The notes beneath the pieces were generated by a model. That model made no database searches and was not told the origin of the DNA. It saw only the letters and a list, made by a program, of their open reading frames with translations. From Okeania sp. (GTDB taxonomy: Bacteria > Cyanobacteriota > Cyanobacteriia > Cyanobacteriales > Microcoleaceae), in contig NZ_JAYKGW010000196.1 in the NCBI RefSeq assembly GCF_035285525.1, positions 1 to 5,522 on the forward strand: 5,522 bases of DNA, given 5' to 3'. Made by a program: the position numbers and the translations under genes. Positions 1-3,600 of the stretch are shown here, piece by piece. Each line of letters starts with the position of its first letter. Position 1 is the first letter of the stretch.

Positions 1-50
1 ATGCATTTTCTTAAGCACCCCAACAGAGGTGATGAGTGATGAATTTTTCC

Positions 51-73
51 ACTATTGTTCTATACGCAATAGT
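51..73. repeat. Inverted repeat (hairpin) ACTATTG-N9-CAATAGT in repeat copy 1, loop ttctatacg
   Basis: Arms at 51-57 (actattg) and 67-73 (caatagt) are perfect reverse complements. The loop is 9 nt. The hairpin is followed by taatgcattttctt. Confidence 0.7.
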
Positions 74-197
74 TAATGCATTTTCTTAAGCACCCCAACA
101 GAGGTGATGAGTGATGAATTTTTCTAACTATTGCGCAAATGAGAAGTTTCATTTTCTTAAGCATCCCAACAGAGGTAATGAGTGATGAAATTTTCCC

Positions 198-220
198 ACT
201 ATTGTTCTATACGCAATAGT
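198..220. repeat. The same hairpin in repeat copy 3, loop ttctatacg
   Basis: Arms at 198-204 (actattg) and 214-220 (caatagt). The loop is identical to that of copy 1. Confidence 0.7.
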
Positions 221-273
221 TAGTGCATTTTTTTAAGCACCCCAACAGAGGTAATGAGTGATGAATTTTTCCC

Positions 274-296
274 ACTATTGCGTATAGAGCAATAGT
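274..296. repeat. The same hairpin in repeat copy 4, with the loop in reverse-complement orientation (cgtatagag)
   Basis: Arms at 274-280 (actattg) and 290-296 (caatagt). Loop cgtatagag matches the reverse complement of ttctatacg (cgtatagaa) at 8 of 9 positions, but matches the direct loop at only 1 of 9. Confidence 0.7.
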
Positions 297-487
297 TAAT
301 TCATTTTGTGAAGCACTCGCTAGAGGGGATGAGCGGACATTAGTAAGTCTTATTGGCGGAACATTTCTACACCGAAAACTCAGTCATATATTACTTTAGT
401 ACAGGTAATTTGGGTTTGAGGAGTATGAGAAACAGAAATCACTGCTACTACTTTTAACTTGCGTGTAGCGATATACTTCCTCAAGAT

Positions 488-493
488 TATAAT
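488..493 (+). promoter_or_regulatory. Candidate -10 hexamer TATAAT (distal)
   Basis: Perfect tataat, 144 nt upstream of the ATG. There is no convincing -35 (TTGACA-like) element 16-18 bp upstream. AT-rich DNA produces such hexamers by chance. Confidence 0.15.
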
Positions 494-596
494 TCTATAT
501 AGTTCAATCAGATCAACATTTATCAATTATAAACTCGTGTACTTTTCTTCTTCTTTCTTACTGCTTCAAAAAATACTGAACTGAACTATATTGGAT

Positions 597-602
597 TATA
601 AT
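597..602 (+). promoter_or_regulatory. Candidate -10 hexamer TATAAT (proximal)
   Basis: Perfect tataat, 35 nt upstream of the ATG at 637. No good -35 and no TGn extension. A weak AGGA at 620-623 lies 13 nt before the ATG, which is long for a Shine-Dalgarno spacing. Confidence 0.2.
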
Positions 603-636
603 TTAGTAACAAACAATCTAGGAAAATCTTAGCAAT

Positions 637-3600
637 ATGGAAAAAGTTGAAATGGTAAATAAACAACCTCAACAACTAGCAGTAACTACTGGATTTTTAG
701 ACCAAGTAGCAATAGAAAATGAAACTATTTGTTTAAGCGGATGGGTTATCTCTTTTGAGTCTGAACCTGTGACTAATTTTAAGATTTTATTTGGTAGTAA
801 ACAATTAACAGAATTTTCATTAACTCAAGGTATTCCTAGTCCTGCGGTTAAGAAAGCTCATCCAAATATTTCTGCTGCTACTAATGCTCGGTTTATTATT
901 AGGTTGCCGATGAATAAAGAGCGGCAAGAGGAATTTAAAGATGCTCTAATTATTTTAATTCCTTTAGTAGAAAATCGTGAGGGAGAACCTCTGTTAAATG
1001 CTGTTACTCCAGCTTTATCTTCTGCGATTAAAACACCAAAAGCAGATAATATACCAACTACTACTCCGCAAGTAGAATTGATTTCTGTTCATGTACCAAA
1101 AGCTGCTGGAACTGCTTTTAGACAGATTTTATTACAGGTTTATGGAACTCAAGGAGTTCTGACTGATAAAACTGATATGTTTGAAGAAAATATGCCAGCT
1201 AGTATTCATTGGCAAACTAAGGTTATTGAGGGTCATTTTCGAGCTGGTAAATACGATGAATTATTTCCTAATGCTAAGAGAATTACATGGTTTAGAGAAC
1301 CAGTTCGGCGGTTAATTTCTGATTATTGTTTTCGTCATATATCTAATCCAACAAAAGACCATCTAAATAAAGACAAGTTATTAAAGTTTGCTCAAGGTAA
1401 TAGTAATTTGATGGCTTATTGTGTGAATGGTAAGTCTCTAGATTATTTTGATTTTGTGGGAATTACTGAATATTTTGCTGAGGATTTATTGGCATTGAAA
1501 AATCTTTTGGGTTGGTCTGATTATGAGGTGGTTTATCAAAATAGAAATCCTTATCCAGAGTATGTTCAGTTTCAAAAGGAAGTTTTTTCAGATCAAAAGT
1601 TAATGGATAAATTAGCATCAGCTAATAGTCAAGATATGGAACTTTATGCTGCTGCTTTGAAATTAGCTGAAGGAAGAAGGAGGAAGGAGGAAGGAGGAAG
1701 TGCTATTAGTTTACTAGAGAAAGATATAGTTAATTTGGATCGGCATCTGGTTACAGAAAAAACAGAGTTATTACCAACATTTGGTTCTCTTGATAAGGCA
1801 GAATTTGATAATGAAGAATTACGACTTGTAGGTTGGGTGGTTTCTCCTGATTCTGGGAAAGTAAAAGGTTTCAAATTAACTATTGGAAATACTAGAATAG
1901 AAAAGTTTGAAGCTGCTTTAAATTTGCCTAGTCCAGATGTGAAAAAATTGCGCCCCGATCTGAATAATTCTGGTCAATCTAGATTCCGTATTAAGGTACT
2001 TCTAAGTCAAGAACAAATTTTACAATACCAAAATTCTCAGATTGGTTTAATTCCTATTTTTAAAGATGGTGAAGGTAAGGTTTTATTGAAAGGGTTGGGT
2101 AATTCCAAAACAGCTACTTTTTCTGAAGCTCCCCAAGTTTCTGAACAACCAAAACTTATTGCTCCAATTGAAACAATTACAACAGTAGGTCATTTAGATC
2201 AAGTAACAATTTCTAATCAAAGTTTAGTTATATCTGGTTGGGTAGGTTCTCATAATTTTGGTTCTGTAGAGGGTTTTAAGGTTGTTATTAATGGTGAAAA
2301 ATTTGCTTCTTTTGCCAAAAAATTAGGTTTACCGAGTCCAGATATAGCAAAGGCTCGTCCTAAACTTAATAATGCTAAAAGTTCTCGGTTTCGCCTGGAA
2401 GTTTCTCTCTCTCCAGAACAACTTCAGAACTGTGAAAATTCTCTAATTTCTCTAACTCCAATATTTCAAGGAAAAGAAGGAAATATTCTGTTTAAATTAT
2501 TTAAACCTTCTCTATCTATTCCTGATGATAAATATATAGGTGGGGGCAAAAATAATTTTATTCCCAGAAGCTTTAAATTTTTAGGCAATTTTATCCAGAA
2601 TGTCGGTCTTCAACCCACTGCTGAAGTTTTAGAAATTGGTTGTGGAATTGGGAATATTGCTTATGGTCTTTCCTATTATTTAAAATCTCCAGGACGTTAT
2701 GCAGGATTTGATTTTTCTGAGGAGTTAATATCTTGGGCGCAGCAAAATATTACTACTGAAAAACCTCATTTCAAATTTAGTCGGATAGATTCAGATTTGC
2801 AACTTCCCGATGATGAGAAAAGTTTTGATTTTGTCTTTATTAATGCTCGGTTTACTCAGGTGGGTGGAAGTGAAGTTCGTAATTATTTAGAGCAGGTTTA
2901 TCGAGTTTTAAAACCGGGTGGTCGTCTGTTATTTAATTGTTTTTTGGTTAACCAACAGTCAGAGAAATTAATTGCTCAAGGAAGGAGTTCTCAACCTCTT
3001 GTTCATCGACTTCAGGAAGGTTTTGCTAAGGACAAAAATGCTATAGAAAAAGGTATGGGTTTTCTGGAGTCTTTATTGTTGGAGTGGGTGAATAATGCTG
3101 GTTTTAATATGTTAGGAAAATCCTATGGTTCTTGGTGTGGTAGAATTGGTTGTACAAGTTATCCAGATATGTTGATTGTTGAGAAGGAAGAAGTAAGGAA
3201 GTCAGAAGTCAGAAGTCAGAAATCAGAAGTTGGTATTAGAAAGGAAGAAGTTAAGAAGTTAGAAGTTGATGTTGAGAAATCAGAAGAAAGTCAGTCAGAA
3301 GTTAGTATTCAGAAGCAGGAAGAAGTTGCGAAAATAATTCCTGAAACTACTCCTTCTATTTCTCCTTTACTTACAGAAATAATGGCTGATTTGGAAAAGT
3401 CTAAAACAGATATTCAAGAAATGGAAGCTGATTTAGAAAGGTTCAAATCTAGAAAGAAAAATACTTCTAATAAAAATTTATCGGAGTTGGAAGCACAAAC
3501 TCCTATGAAAAAAAAAAGTATAACTGAGGAGATAGAATTAGATACTATTTTGTCTGGGGTTAAAGACCAAACCCCGACGGTGGAAACAATTTCTAAACCA

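Larger units (their letters stand above)
1..350. repeat. Tandem array of a ~75-bp unit: copies at 1-75, 76-146, 147-222 and 223-298, plus a degenerate fifth copy from 299 to about 350. The array is truncated by the left window edge.
   Basis: The core cattttcttaagcaccccaacagaggtgatgagtgatgaatttttcc recurs starting at 4, 79, 150 and 226, and in decayed form at 302 (periods 75, 71, 76, 76 bp). Copies 1-4 differ in the core by only a few substitutions and 1-nt indels. Copy 5 (attcattttgtgaagcactcgctagaggggatgagcgg) keeps only the outline. Copy 1 begins at base 1, so the array probably continues upstream. Confidence 0.9.

Noticed and set aside
28-46. GTGATGAGTGATGAA resembles box C (RUGAUGA) / kink-turn or hammerhead CUGAUGA core motifs
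   Set aside because: There is no matching box D/CUGA partner, no GAAA plus helices arrangement, and the essential C of the hammerhead core is a G here. The match is too short to be meaningful without covariation data.
32-76. Mini-ORF inside the 75-bp unit (ATG 32: MSDEFFHYCSIRNS*), preceded by agaggtg
   Set aside because: It is not conserved between copies. Copy 2 stops after 6 codons (MSDEFF*), and a 1-nt insertion in copy 3 shifts the frame (MSDEIFPLLFYTQ*). The GAGG lies only 2 nt from the ATG. The pattern of variation is that of non-coding sequence.
1-350. CRISPR array interpretation of the upstream direct repeats
   Set aside because: The conserved part is ~57 nt and the variable part only ~18 nt. 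The would-be spacers are versions of one hairpin sequence rather than unique sequences. The repeats themselves carry indels, and no cas gene is in the window.
425-457. Tiny ORF MRNRNHCYYF* immediately after GAGGAG in the intergenic region
   Set aside because: It is only 10 codons and the SD-like GAGGAG is just 1 nt from the ATG. With no conservation evidence available, it cannot be told apart from chance in AT-rich DNA.
464-475. Possible NtcA-type site (GTA...TAC) at tgtagcgatatac upstream of the distal TATAAT
   Set aside because: The spacing is GTA-N6-TAC, not the required GTA-N8-TAC, and the position relative to the -10 is wrong.
1677-1702. Internal translation start driven by the triple AAGGAGG
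   Set aside because: The only nearby start-like codon, GTG at 1700-1702, is out of frame with the CDS. It runs into a stop within a few codons (gtg cta tta gtt tac tag).
1644-1874. Minus-strand ORF (76 aa)
   Set aside because: It is entirely antisense to the strongly supported CDS and spans the purine-rich heptamer repeat. It has no motifs or RBS and is a typical shadow ORF.
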